A DNA stretch of 30,445 bases from Anthoceros angustus (lineage: Eukaryota; Plantae; Anthocerotophyta): positions 1,184,391 through 1,214,835 of the forward strand of contig MU008151.1 in assembly GCA_010909165.1 (NCBI GenBank). The letters are read 5' to 3'. Below are positions 12,211 to 24,870 of this stretch, piece by piece. The position numbers and the translations under genes are program-made. Position 1 is the stretch's first letter; every line of letters begins with the position of its first letter. Below the pieces are notes generated by a model. It saw only the letters and a program-made list of their open reading frames with translations. It was not told the DNA's origin and did no database searches.

Positions 12211-12849
12211 GAGCGACTTGAGGCCACAGACGACCGATTTCCTGACGAGGAGTTGGTCGCCGCACTGGGTCAAAGGGGGAGGACGTGAGCAAGACGGCCT
12301 AAGAATTGATCAGCAAGTCTTGTTGCCAGCAGAGAGGCCAAATGAGCAAGAAGGGAGCAGTGGAAAAGTCGCAGCAGACAACTGGAACCGAGGAGATAAA
12401 CGCCAAGATGGGCGCGAGGAGGAGGCTGGAATGCTCCTCAAGGGTGAGCAGTCAGAAGGGCTGCAAGTGGAGGCCACGAGTTGGCAAAAGGAAGGAGGTG
12501 CATCCCATGACAAGCTTGAAGAAAAACTGCAGGAGAAGGAGATGGCGGATTCATGGGAAATCACTCCTGAGGAGGACATGGAGGTGCAGGAAGGCGAAGA
12601 GGTCGCCATGGGAGCACGAGCTGGACCTAGACACGAGGCTAGACCAGCAGGAATGGAAGAGATCAGCCCGTTGTCGGAGGAGGAGCATGCAAACGGGCTG
12701 CAGGCCAATGAACGTGCAACATGGGCGGGCAGGAAGGCGGATTTGTAGATAGATCCACGCCACCTGGGGCTACTAACGGACGAGCTAGCAGGAGGCGACG
12801 TAGTATGCCTGGAAGGAGGAGATTAGAACGTGAGGGGCGTTCATGCCCA

Positions 12850-14050
12850 AGATATCTGTTGAACGGTGAAGTACGCAAGTTCCTGGAGCATGGAATCATG
12901 CCCGATGGTTTGTCCAGGGAGGGGCGGGCTGTTTTTCTCCACAAAGCCTCGCCCTATTGCCTAAAAGGAGACATTCTATACAAGCTTGGGCCGGACGAGA
13001 AGATCCGGAGGTGCCTCGAGGTTGAAGAGGCTGCACTCGTCACGGAGGCACTACATGCAGAAGAGGCAGGTGGACACTATTCGCAGGTGACCGTTAAGAA
13101 GATCTAAATGTGGTTCGTGGGCTAGATGCAAGGATGTGGGAGTTCACTGAGGTGTGATGCGTCGAGGGTTGGGCTCACGTTGTCGACACAATGGCCTCTC
13201 ACCTACATACTACCGCTAGCACCATTCGAGAAGTGGGGAATCGATTGTAAATCAAACCACCAACCCAATGGACAAGCAAGACATTTTGGTGGCTACGGAT
13301 TATTGCAAAGATGGTGGAAGCGACGAGAAGGACGACCGCAGGGGCAAAGTTTTTATTCGAGAACATCATAACGAGGTACGGGTGTCCTTTAGAGTTGGTC
13401 AGCGACCGAGGGACACATTTCCTCAACTCGCTGAGTCCCTAACCACCTACTTCAACATCCGGCATCGAAAGACGACCCCCTACAACCCCAAGGCGAACGG
13501 ATTGACGGAGAAGACGAACGGGTTGTCCGGCACAATCCTCACCAAGGTAATAATACATGTATGATCGGGATGCTAAGTTGCATGCATGGCTTACCATGGA
13601 GAAGGTAACCACCAAGAAGACCCTTACTATCTACGATGGAATGTCACCGTGATGCCCGTGGAATTTGAAGTACCTACCACTGTGATCATGGAGGATGAAC
13701 GATGATCAGAGGATAGTCAGTAGTTAGAATCTTTCATAGAGCAGGAGGAACGCAGGGAAGATGCTTTAGAGGAGACTCAGCGAATTCAAGAACTCAGAAA
13801 AGACCGACATGATGGGAAAGTAAGGAAGCAGGAGGCTATCGCGGCAGGGGATTTAGTTCTTCTCTACGATAGTCGATACCTGGACTTCCTAGGGAAGCTT
13901 AGGCTGAGATGGATGGGACCTTACGAGGTAGTAGCAGTATATGAGAATGGATCTGTGCAACTCCGGGTACTAGGCGGCGAATTGCTACCGACCAGAGTGA
14001 ATGGGTGGAAGGTTAAGAAATACCTTCACCGAGGTACCTGTTGTTTGTAG
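12850..14050 (+). pseudogene. pol: Integrase (zinc-finger region, DDE core, GPY/F C-terminus), frameshifted
   Basis: LYKLGPDEKIRRCL..LHAEEAGGHY, PLAPFEKWGID, GCPLELVSDRGTHFLN, HRKTTPYNPKANGLTEKTN, and GDLVLLYDSR..GKLRLRWMGPY..TRVNGWKVKKY (Athila-like ending). Confidence 0.95.
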
Positions 14051-15749
14051 GACGCAAACAGTGAGGAGGAGTATGTGGAACGAAAAGTTTGGGCAACCAA
14101 ATTCAAAAGAGCCAGAAGACAAACAAGTTTGATTTTTTTTTTGGCTAAAAACGATTGAAGAGGAGCATGCCAGGAAATTTTTCTGAGGACCTTGAAGCTG
14201 GAGTTGTAGGATATTGTTAGGAAGTCGAAGAGGATACCCCAGGAAAAAGAACGGGTCAAAACGACCCCCAGGCGAGGCAGAATGGCGCCCAAAAGAGTAG
14301 GTCGGAGATCACCGTAGGTCGCCACACACGCCGGTAGGTCGAAAGGAAGAGCATCACCACGGTAGTCGGCATCTAGGTCAAGGCGAGGTCTCGGCCAAAA
14401 AAGGGAATTAGAATAAGGGGGGGATATCCACTATATATGCCCACCAATAGGGGAATAAATATATAGAGTAATTAGAAATCGATTAATTAGGGATAGCGGG
14501 CAGGATAGGAAAATAGGTAGTTTAGATAGGATTAGGATTTTGGAATGATGAACCCAATCTAGGGTGGTGCAGCCGCCAGGTGGCAGACATCCAAGGAGGG
14601 CAAAGTGCAGTTGGGCAGCGCCAACTCCCTCTTCGAACTGAGACGCTTTCACTTCACAAGAGACTGAGGCTGGAGCGTAAGAGGAAGAAGGAGAGGAGGA
14701 GGAGAAGCTGCCATCGCCCTCGCCATCACCACCGCGGTCGAATCGGGCGCAAAAGGGAGCTAGGCGCATGTTGGAGGCAAGAGGAGGAACCCTAACGGCG
14801 GACTGAGCTCGGAACTAGAAGGGGAAGGAGCGCAAGAGAAAGACACCAAGGACCGTGGAGCGTGACGAACCCCGCGATTTTGCAAAGGCTGGAAGCGACT
14901 GCCCAAGCCAGGAGACGCCGAGTTGGGACGTCGATAGCATCGCGACTGTGAGAGTGACGGCGTCAGGAGGGGGATCGCGATTACTTCACGAGCAACGCCT
15001 TGGTCTGGAAAGAAGAGCGGCACCACCAATTGGAGGCAGCTGGGACACTTCCACGCACTACTACAAAAGGGCGTGCCAAAAGACGATATGTAAAACGGGA
15101 GTAAGTCGGCCTAAGTTGGTGAGAGACGCTGGCCTGCACTTCCGAGCTCGTGTTTATGCATGTCTTTTATGCACCGCTATGGGAAGGCTAAAGACGCGAG
15201 GAAGTGAAACCCGGAACAAAGTTAAGCGGAACCTGCTTCGGTTGCCTGGATGGGTTGGAGTGCCTTCCGTTGCAACCGATCCGTCCGCTTTTCCGTCACG
15301 CACCCTAAACCCTCCCCACTTTTCCCGTGTACCTTCTACCCATGCGGTGTCGTAGCATATACCGATGTCAGCGGTGGCGCCAAGATGGTCACCATGGGCG
15401 TATCACCGCATCGGTATGTCCCGGTGTATTGTCTTATTTGCATGCCGATGTTCGCTTGGAGCGATCCGCTCACACGGGTGGATCGCGCCGTAGGTAGCGT
15501 CATCCGCCAGGCTTTAGGGTTTCGGTGTCAGGTGCATGTTGTCGTGCGGTCGGCGCAAAAATGAGCAACAGCGAACAATGCACCGATATGTACTCGAGCG
15601 TGATCGGATACCGCCATTTACCGTATTGTACAAAGGCAAATAATCGTGATCCCTACTAAAAGCTATTAGCATTTGGTGGCAAATGCGGATACATCAATCC
15701 GCACCTCCTGTTTGAGGTTCATTTGTCTATTGCTACCATGCAATTACCA

Positions 15750-18700
15750 GGTGCATATCAAGCGCCTATCCAATGCGACCAATCTCTAATTACGCTGGAA
15801 TGGGCGGGCCCGTCTTCGCTCCTTCTCCTTGTGATGGCGGATGCATGCCTTTGCTTGTTACTTCCCTTGCTCGGTGGGCACGCGGGCACAACTTTGCCGT
15901 CGGTGTCACCGGACTTGAATTTCCAGTCCACCGGACGCACCGTAGTCTCCATGGGTTTCCAAATTAGATAACCATCCATCAACACCTCCACGCACCTCAA
16001 CACCGTAGCAATTCAACACCTCCTCTGAGTGCTCAATTCCCATACACAGGGTGCGTTTTTGCTTTTACGTTACTCCTCCTCCCAGTCTTTGGAGTTCCCA
16101 TTTATTACCGTTGTGGCGGTAAATCCGTCTCCACCACAAGCTCAACGCGCACCACGCCTCTTCCAGCATCCTCCCACGCACCACCATGCTTGCTTCTTCC
16201 GTTTCGATTTCAGACGCTCCATCTTCCGAAAAGCGTCGTGGAGTCGCCCATCGGTGCGAGTCGGTGTGGTCTAATGGCAAGATGTTAGCATGAGAGAAAC
16301 CTGACCTGAACGAGGATGGAGCCCCCAAAATTCATCCATGTTTTGTAGACCATGCTTCCTTGCCCAACGACTCTCCGCGAAAGAGGGTTCATACCCCCAC
16401 TGTGCCTTGAACTTCCTGTTGAAAGTCTTGGCACCATCCCGTCCATAGATGTTCGTCCCAGCTGTCCCATGCTTTGCCTTCGCGCCTACTGCTTGCCGTG
16501 GTCGCGCCATTCTCCTCCTCCACGCCATACTCCTGCACGCCACTGTGGGACCCCATCGGGCGAGACACCGAGGATGCCTCGCCAGCCGCCCCCCTCGAGT
16601 CCTCATCTCGCAATCCAAAGAATCTTAAGACGATCCAGACCGCATTGCTCCTATGACAATTACAAAACCTCGAGCGGATAACTTCCCTGTTCGTGATGGC
16701 GGAGAACTCTTTTGCGACGATGTCCATTAGCTCATCACGCAGCTCCATGGAATGCTTCGTCCAGGGTTTGAGGATCGTGCACCGAGTAACAACCAGGTCC
16801 ATCACCCGTTTTTCAAATGAGCTTTTGGTCTGGCCCAACACCCCTCCGGTGACTTCATCGATATCTTGTTGTCCTCGAGGTCTCCGCCTGCATCACCACA
16901 CACCGCCGCCGAGCCCGGATGAGGCTAGCACAGGCCGAATGAGGCATCGGAGCACATCGGCGGGTGCCAAGGCGGATAATCTCCTTCATTGCCAACATCC
17001 TGGCAGACGCGTCAGTGTCATCCTTCCCTCCTCACGACGGTAGGCCGCCTCCGCCGAGCCCATATCGCAGCAGAGTCCTCACCAAGAACCCTCCGGCCCC
17101 TTCGCCGAGGTCCTCTCATATGCCGCTACGCAACTCTCCCCGCCGCACTTCCAACCTCATCGCGTGTCTTCCAACTCATCATCAATGGCCTCCTCCTCAA
17201 CATCGCCACTTCCTCTTCGCCATCCTCGCAGGGAGGTAGTCATCGAGGACTCGGGTACTAGTAGCCCCGAGGCTATTTGAGTCCAGTGGGTGTGCATCGG
17301 CATCCCAGTCATGAGTGAGCACATTTCCTTGCTCCCTCCACCCGCCCAGACGACGCCATGTCGGTACCTTCATTGCCACCGGCGATCAAAGGCCGCCAGA
17401 ACCTGCAGCCCGTCTCAAACAGAATATTGCATCCGCCATGTTCAAACCGGGGGCAATTTGCATGACGTCACAGTGCGTGAACAATCACGGGGCTTTGCGG
17501 GCGATAAGGGCTGGCGTGAAACTTGAAAGCACAAAGATGACGCCGTCGATTACCTTCATCTCGACCGGGTTGCGTGCGTGGTGTGTCCTCGACAACGGAT
17601 TGGTCATCGCCATTTCCATCTCTCTGTGGCTTGGGCGTGGAGAGCGCTTCGGCATCGTCGTGGAGGTCATAGGCCCGGCTGCTGAGGCCCAGCCAACCGG
17701 CTTCCATCGGAGCCGCCTCCGCCATACCATCGTCAGCAACGGCCTCGGACGTGAAGGTGCCCACCTCAGGCCTTCGACTCATCCGGACTGCACCCCATGC
17801 CGGGCTGTGGTACGCACTTGCGCAAACACGCCTTCTTGCCAGTTTGTGCCGGCCCTACGGGTGGAAGGTGAAAGCCTTACGTGACGACCTCCGAGCCGTG
17901 GGCAAAATCGGTTGTGGGCCCTCTTCCTCTCGCCCCACATCTTCATCCAGTCCGGCTTCGTGAGGTGGGGAAGTCGGCATCTCGAGGTTGCTCGCGGGAG
18001 CCTCATGCTCCGCGGCTGATGGGTCGGCTTCCACATCGTGTCTTGGGGGGGTTATGGGAGGCTCCCCCAAGGCCTGCTTGCCCACGGCCCGTTGCGGGCA
18101 GGAAGGTATGGAATTCGCCGGTCCCGCATCCGGGCTGCTCCGCCGCCGTCTCTCCGCAGCAGTTGCCCTCAACTCTCGCGCCCGTATTGGATTGCAGCGT
18201 CCCCATGAGCCGGCAGTAGAAGGGCTCTCACATGAGCGCCCTCTCCGCCATAGCTGCGCCACAAGCACCGACCACCACTATCGATACCGGGGAAATGTTT
18301 TCTCGGACATGCGTGAAAGGCTGGCGGTGTGCTATACATGGAAATTGCCACTTCTATTGCTATTGCGCGGGCATCCTTTGAAGTACAACAAGCCACGACG
18401 GCCCTTTCTTTCGATGCCCACATACTTTAACCGACGCTGCTTGAAGCGGGTGGATGGGATGTGCTCATGCCTACCACATCGGGTTGCATCATTTGGACCA
18501 AACGGAGCAGACACAAACAGGCAATCGCAACATTGGAGCCTAGACCACATGACCATAGCCGGAGTGCTCATATCACATGATGTCACTTCATCGTCCGTTG
18601 ACTCTTCGTTTCGCATGTCTGCTAGTTGAGAGCTGTGGACACTCGCGATGGCCAGCTCGGTCGTTGCAGCTGATGTCTCTGGCGCCTCGTCGGAGCGAAC

Positions 18701-18760
18701 TGGTTGGGACTCCGGTTCATCTTCAGCGATGGGCTCGGGCATACTGGAGAGAATTGTCAA
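15750..18760 (-). pseudogene. CACTA second (TnpA-like, Ptta/Transposase_24-like) ORF fragments
   Basis: Lies downstream of TnpD on the same strand. Fragments: FEKRVMDLVVTRCTILKPWTKHSMELRDELMDIVAKEF and AKHGTAGTNIYGRDGAKTFNRKFKAQWGYEPSFAESRWARKHG, which resemble the TnpA-family G.EPS..E....H motif. Long Pro/Ala/Glu-rich linkers separate them. Confidence 0.55.
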
Positions 18761-19009
18761 GGCTCCTGAATAAGAAATTCGACATATAATCTATAAACAC
18801 TGTCTGGTCAACACAAATGCCTTTAGTCAAAGTGATCCCGTGATGTATGTCAGCATTGGCCTACTGCACGGCATCCTTGGGCGTGAAGTCCCTCGGAGGC
18901 GTCTTGTCCTGCGCCCTTTCGACTGCATCACCGGGCGTATTGTCCTGCACTCCCAAAGTGTCCTCATATGCCAGTAGGGCATGCCCACAGCATTCATGGC
19001 AGCACGGTG

Positions 19010-20491
19010 CACTTATTCCAGCTCAGAGTCCCACCTGGATGGAATTTCTGTGCAAATGAACCACCGTCGCGATTGGGCATCACATCCGGATGAGCGAGCC
19101 TGCGTTAAGTGGGTGGAAAAGCGAAGGGACCTACCGCTATTCGCCATATCTATATGGTTTATTGGTGTCCACGCTCTTGAATCGGCGAAATCCTCGGTCA
19201 TCTTTGGGTGGGTTGGTCGTGATGGAGCATTGAAACCAATGGACGTTGAAGATGAACGCGTCGCGCCCCATATCAAATTCAACGTCGAGGATATCTTTGA
19301 TTTTCCCAAAATCTGGGACTATCTACCCGGCGAACTTTCCGACCCAACAATCACAGGTGGCATTGCAGCGTTGCGTCTGCATCATTGTCCGTGGTGAAAT
19401 CCTCTGGTGTCCAAGCCGATGCGTGTTCGAGGTTAACCCGGACCACTAATGATCTTGCATATGTCCATGTCGGGCGGTCACGCCATCGGCCTTCCGGACA
19501 CGCAGAGCCAATCCGAGAACTTCCGAATACAGGGGTGGTGGGCGAATCGCATAGCCTCTGCATGCTCGAGAAAATGCCAGTGGAGTCTGGTATGTTTGTC
19601 ATGGTCCGATGTCGTGGCGTCGCTTCGATTGGCTCCTCGACTTTCGTCGTCGTCTCCAAAATGAAAAGCGCGGCATCTTTGTGGCGCTCCTTTACTCTGC
19701 GATGTACATGGTTTCGCGAGATAACGATGACATCGCCTTGAGCTTAGCTTTCAGCGAACATCTGCTTGACACATGCATGTGTCTTTCTAGATACATCCAT
19801 CTAGCATGTACGTGCCATGACTCTCGACCTCATCTACCAAATGAACAATGAGATGTTGCATCGGATTCCAAATGCATGATGGGAAGTGCTTCTCCATGTT
19901 GATCATGATGTCGACCACTCTGGTTTTCCAGCCCGGGATGTCAGCAATCGTAATTGATTTCTGGCAAAGCCCGCTGAGCGGTACATGCCACTAAGTGCAG
20001 CAAATGCATTGTACTCTTTCCCCTCCAATCGACCACGAAGCGCTATGGGGAGGAAGTACTGCATAAGGAGATGCCAATATGTGATTTCCATGTCACTTTC
20101 GGTCGATGAAGCATGTATGCAAGTTTGATCCAAACCCGGTTGGGGGCTTGATCCGGGATATCTCAAGCTTAACCGCCTCCAAATCAACCCGCGGCAACAC
20201 ATAGGATGCAACTGGATAATGTGGCTCCTCATTTTCCCATACAACCCATAACCAGGGCTTGGAGTCTATATCCTCCAAGTCTATCCTTGCGTTGTGCGTG
20301 TCAAGTGTGCCACTAATGAGCTTCCATAATGCCTGGCAGTTATTGACTTCAACGTGCATCACATCCTTGAGCCATAGCTTATGGATGGATGCGAGTAAAC
20401 AAGCGGTTGAAAAGCGATTTCCGCTTCACGCCCACATATGACCGTCGCATTGCCTTGGTGCCGGTACAACATATGCATTCATCTCATCGAG
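19010..20491 (-). pseudogene. CACTA TnpD-like transposase, 3' part (DUF4218/DUF4216-like regions)
   Basis: DVMHVEVNN..DTHNARIDLEDI..ASYVLP..IKPPTGFGSNL..WHLLMQYFLPIALRG..MEKHFP..HLIVHLVDEV..VHARWMY.ER, then FNVHWF..RGFRRFKSVDT. Confidence 0.9.
20332..20491 (+). repeat. Left copy of the ~160 bp direct duplication flanking the recombinase insert
   Basis: GTTATTGACTTCAACGTGCATCACATCCTTGAGCCATAGCTTATGGATGGATGCGAG...CATATGCATTCATCTCATCGAG is repeated at 25280-25440. Confidence 0.93.
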
Positions 20492-21562
20492 CGTGCGTTA
20501 CGACTTGATTGTTTCTTGACTTTTGTACATTAGCTCGTCTCTCAAAGTGTTGCGTCCTTAACTCGGTTGTGTTTACGTTATTTATGCTCTTATTTTTCAG
20601 TAAGAGCTTGCTTGTTCCATGCATCGCGCCTTTGGGCAAAACATTTTAAAGGTATTTGTCTTTCGATTGTTGTTCACATGTGCGGACAATTATTTGTGGT
20701 CTCATGAGTTATCGCTTGCTTTCTCGCCTTGATGTGTGCGCCATCGCTTTGTCCGCGATGGAAGGTAGATCACTTTTGATCTTTGCTTACCGCTGTCTTT
20801 TGCTTATCGATGTGCGTGACGTTAGTCACCTGTTGTTTCTAATTTGATGTGTGTTTAGTTTAGTGTTTTATGTCGACTTTTTGTTCTTGTTGATTGCATC
20901 ATGTGCTCGTGGTTTGTCTTTTTGGTCATGGTTGGTGTTGCGGTCCAATGTGGTTCTTGCGCTATGTTAGTTTCATCGATGGTTTGTTGTTAACTCTTGC
21001 CTTTTTGTGCATCACCCACGAGAAAATTCTTAGGGTGAATCGTGGATTTTAGTAAGAGATGTTTACCCTTGCCTTTTGTTTTTTGTCTTTGTTGTTCTTG
21101 CATAATCAAAATATCCGCACCTCACTAAATCGTTTCGTGTAGGCAAATTTGTCATCGTGTGAAGGGTCGCTCTTCCAACATTCTAAGTCTGTGGGTATCG
21201 TGATAACTATTTGCCCGAGTTTTCTGGTGTTTCTTCAGTGTTGACCGAGGCTCAAGTTGTGTGTGTCTTTGTCATCAATATTATTGGCAAAAGAGTGTTT
21301 GAAGTATGTGGGGTTTGTTAAAAATGGAAGTTTCGTTCTCTAACTTAAAATGGAAGGGATCAAAATCTAATAACAATGTATAGATCAAGGATGTGTCTCG
21401 CAATATCTCCCATGCCTCTTCTTTTCGATTGGTATAATCAACTTTAGACCCTTCCAGGTTCTCATTTGAAAGCATTCACCCATGTAAGTCTTTTCATATT
21501 GGTTTGCAAGTTCATTAACTTTTCAAATGTTTTTGTGTTTTGATCACATGCTTTTCTTTGCG

Positions 21563-23470
21563 ATGGCACCCAAAAGGAAACCCACTGCTTGGACCGGAAA
21601 GAAGCAAGGGTCCTGTCAAGTCATGGCTAAGCCGCACACTAGGGTGTCACCGCCTCCACATCGCAACTCATCCACCGCAGGATGATGGTAAAGTTGATGG
21701 TGTCTTGGTGTGAAGGAACATATTTAGTAAAAGGCATTCCTAAACCGCCAAGGCACTTCTCATCCAAGAAGGATGCTCGACGTGAAGTTTGTAAGAGAAG
21801 AAGGGTTGACACTCGACTGTGGCATTGGTTGAAGGTCCTCTTGCGAGATTACTAACTATGTCCGTTGTCTCGAGAGAGGTCCGGTTGTGGGGAGAATGAT
21901 TTCTTGATAACGACGATCCCATGGTTGTGAGCCGCCAAAGCCTGTGTCTAGTCTAGATTTGTGTGGTTGAACTTTTACTGGTGGCGCTTTCCATGCTTTG
22001 GTTCCCGAGGAGTCATCCCCGATCAAGAAGTGCTCGATATGTTTGAGAGGCTAAAGTGTCCGGTCCCGAAGATGACTTTGCCATGGGTATGGAGGAAATT
22101 GATGATGAAGAAATTTTGAGAGCGTGATTTGACCTGGTCGAGGGAGGAATGATGCTTTGAGTGGTGGGGAGGATAGGTCAAACGCGTAATAACCGGTGTC
22201 AAGTCGTGGCCTTTATGAAAGTGAGTGGGGTCGGATGGGATACTGCTTGAGGATATTCCTCACAAGGATCTAAATCTTATTCGATACCCTTTTTCCATCA
22301 AGTTCGAATCAAGGACAGGAGATTTTCTTAAACGTAAGTAGTGATGTTTTCTTACTTGTTGATTTTGATAGTTCGACTTTCCTTCACATGACCGATTGCT
22401 GATCTTCACTTGTGCAGGCTGATGTCTTTCTTTCGTGGGTTTAACCGGATTTTAACAAGGAAGTGCATCCCAACCAAAGCGGCTTGATGTTCCATGATCA
22501 ACTTGTTTCATGGAATTTTCCATGGCCTGTCAATGGTTGCGTCCATGAAAATCAAAGGACCTTGGGATTGTGTCATGTCGAAAAGAGGTGAAGTTGATTT
22601 GATGATGATGAGCGTGATTCTTTCACACGAGATCATCAATGCTCATTTGGGCGGGGCTTAAAAGGTAATATTGTTGGTTTTGGGGTGCACTTTGATTGTT
22701 CATTTATGGTCTCTTAAACCGAGCCCTTATGCTTATATTTTTGGTGTGTGCATATTTTTGCATGACCAGTTTGGGGTTCGAGGTGGTGAAGAGTTACATA
22801 ACCCGCTCATTAGGGACTTCTCATTTTCGATTCAAAGGACCTTTTGTTCAGAGGTGTAGTCTTTTGTTTCTTGTTTGTTTGATGTTTTGATGTATCAGAT
22901 TGAGCTCGTCTTCATTTGGTGTATGAAGAACGGCATTCAAAAATTACAAAGTGGATATGAAGAACTACGAGTGAGCATTTCAAAAGGTCAAGATCTATGA
23001 AAAGGACGCCATCGAAACCTTTAAAGTCAAGTATTGATCACTCTCCCAAGTGGTCTGACATGACAAGAATTTGTCAATTCAGGGGTTTCTCTTCAATTCA
23101 ACCATTGATAACCCAAGATCCAATGTAAGTTTTTGGTTTATTGGGCTTGAGTTTTGTGGTTTGTATTTACTAACGCTTGTTTTTGTTCAGCTTGGTATGC
23201 AAAACTTCGTGTTTCAAAAGGAATGTCAAGATTTATGAAGACCATGGTCAAGTGGGCTTGTTGGCTACTACACCAATAAGAGCTGTGTAACGATGATTAC
23301 ACGCTTGACGATGGCTCGTGCCCTCGGGAGTGTGACCGCCATAAACGGATGCTGGATTTTCAAGGTAATATGTTGTGAAAGCTTGTGACATTTGAGTCTT
23401 TGTATGCTCGTCCTAACGTTCTCATGTTTTGAGATATGACCGCTCGGTCAAGCAGTACCGTAAGAGTTCT
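21563..23470 (+). pseudogene. Intron-containing tyrosine recombinase, Crypton/DUF3504 type (frameshifted as assembled)
   Basis: Possible start MAPKRK (21563). Motifs in order: LEDIPHKDLNL..FFHQVRIKD (~22247-22320), LMSFFRGFNRIL, FGVRGGEELHN (22770-22802), YEERHSK (~22922-22942), WYAK..RFMKTM..GLVGYYTNKS (~23193-23283), VTMITRL, T.HK (~23335-23345), YDRS (~23435-23446). GT-AG introns at 22334-22417 and 23125-23190, with probable ones from 22665, ~22854 and 23365. Confidence 0.8.
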
Positions 23471-24059
23471 TGTTCTCGTGAACGACGATCTTATCAGAGC
23501 TTTTAAATGAAGAACTCAATCGGATGCGGATGATTTAAGGGTGTTCTTCCGTCAACAATGTTGAATGTAACTCTGAAATAGTATTTTCGAGTCACCAAGA
23601 TCGGCCCCTTGCAAGTGCAACACGTTAGTAATGTAAGTGTTTGAGATTTGTATCAAGTATGTAGGGACTTGTGTCAAAAATCTCGTGTCCCGACTTGATT
23701 GATTTGTCGTCTTTCCTCCCGTGGCACCCCTCGTTATTCATCATGAAAGCAACGAACAATGTTGGACCGAATCGAGTTTTTCCGCACCATGTGGTCCATG
23801 TGTCTTGTGTTAGTATTGTGAAGTTGCTTTGTTGTAGTCCGCCATGTTAGTTTTTTTAATCATCGTGGTTCTTGTTTTTATGGGCACCTTGAAAGCAAGG
23901 CATCCAGATGGACACTAGCGACCAACGATGTGGTGTTCTACTAAATTCCATATGTTGACAAGGTTGATTCTTTGGCTTTGTTTGTTGTTTTCATTCATTT
24001 TGGAGTTTCGATTGTGTTCTTCTTGGCGATTGTAATCCTTCGACTAGTTTAAGCTTACG

Positions 24060-24870
24060 TCCCTCATTTCAACATTGACACGAGGGAAGTGGATGCTGGC
24101 CCCTCCGTTGGAGGGCATTGCAGTGAGTGTGATCCATCCGAAGTTAACCAGACAGTGTGGCCGTGGTAGCACCTGGATATATTGCACGGATCGCAAATGG
24201 AAATGTAAGTGGCTTTGAGCGCTTGCGATCTCCGAGAACGGGAATTGGAGAATGACAAATTGAAACAGGAAATGGAGTTCGTGCAAAAAGGATTTGGAGG
24301 CACTTATAGAGAGACAGAGGCGCAAAGCAGTTGAATTACGAGTCTCTAAGCAAAGAGAGAAAGCCCTTGAGATTCAGAGGCGGAGAAATGCGGAGAGGAG
24401 ACAAGAGCATATTAAGCATCAAGAGAAACTGAAGCAGCAGCAGAAAGAGCAGCAAGAGGTTCGGAGATTACAGTGGGAAAGACAACAGGAGCAGAAGGAT
24501 GTGCCTCGAGATATTTCAACTGCTATCTGCGAAAATCCGTCAGGATCGGTAAGCTTTATGCTTTTTATTAATCAGTTTTACTAGATTGAAAATTAATGGT
24601 TGTGTTGTTTTAGGTTGTGACCTTGCAGGAAGATGGTCAATTTCGTCCAAGTCCTCAGCTTCATCAATTGGTTGCCAATTATGATAATGCTGTACAAGTA
24701 CCAATCAAGAAGTGGTCGTGAAAATTACATTTTCAATCAGATAATTGTAAGAAATTTCCCAAAATAAGGTGAGTATCAATGTTTTCTATTTTAGTGTTTA
24801 CTAGTAGCGTAATTACGGTTTGGGTGCTAATTTTGGTTTTGTTTGTAGGTTTCTTGTTGAAGCGAGTTCA
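24060..24870 (+). CDS. Spliced coiled-coil (E/Q/R/K-rich) ORF within the YR element; function unknown
   Basis: LRERELENDKLKQEMEFVQK followed by ORF 24294-24584 (ERQRRKAVELRVSKQREKALEIQRRR..KQQQKEQQE). Clean introns at 24549-24613 (GTAAGC..TTTTAG) and 24769-24848 (GTGAGT..TTGTAG). Confidence 0.5.

Noticed and set aside
15250-19850. Numerous plus-strand ORFs of 60-213 aa
   Set aside because: They are antisense shadows of GC-rich minus-strand CACTA coding sequence and show no motifs.
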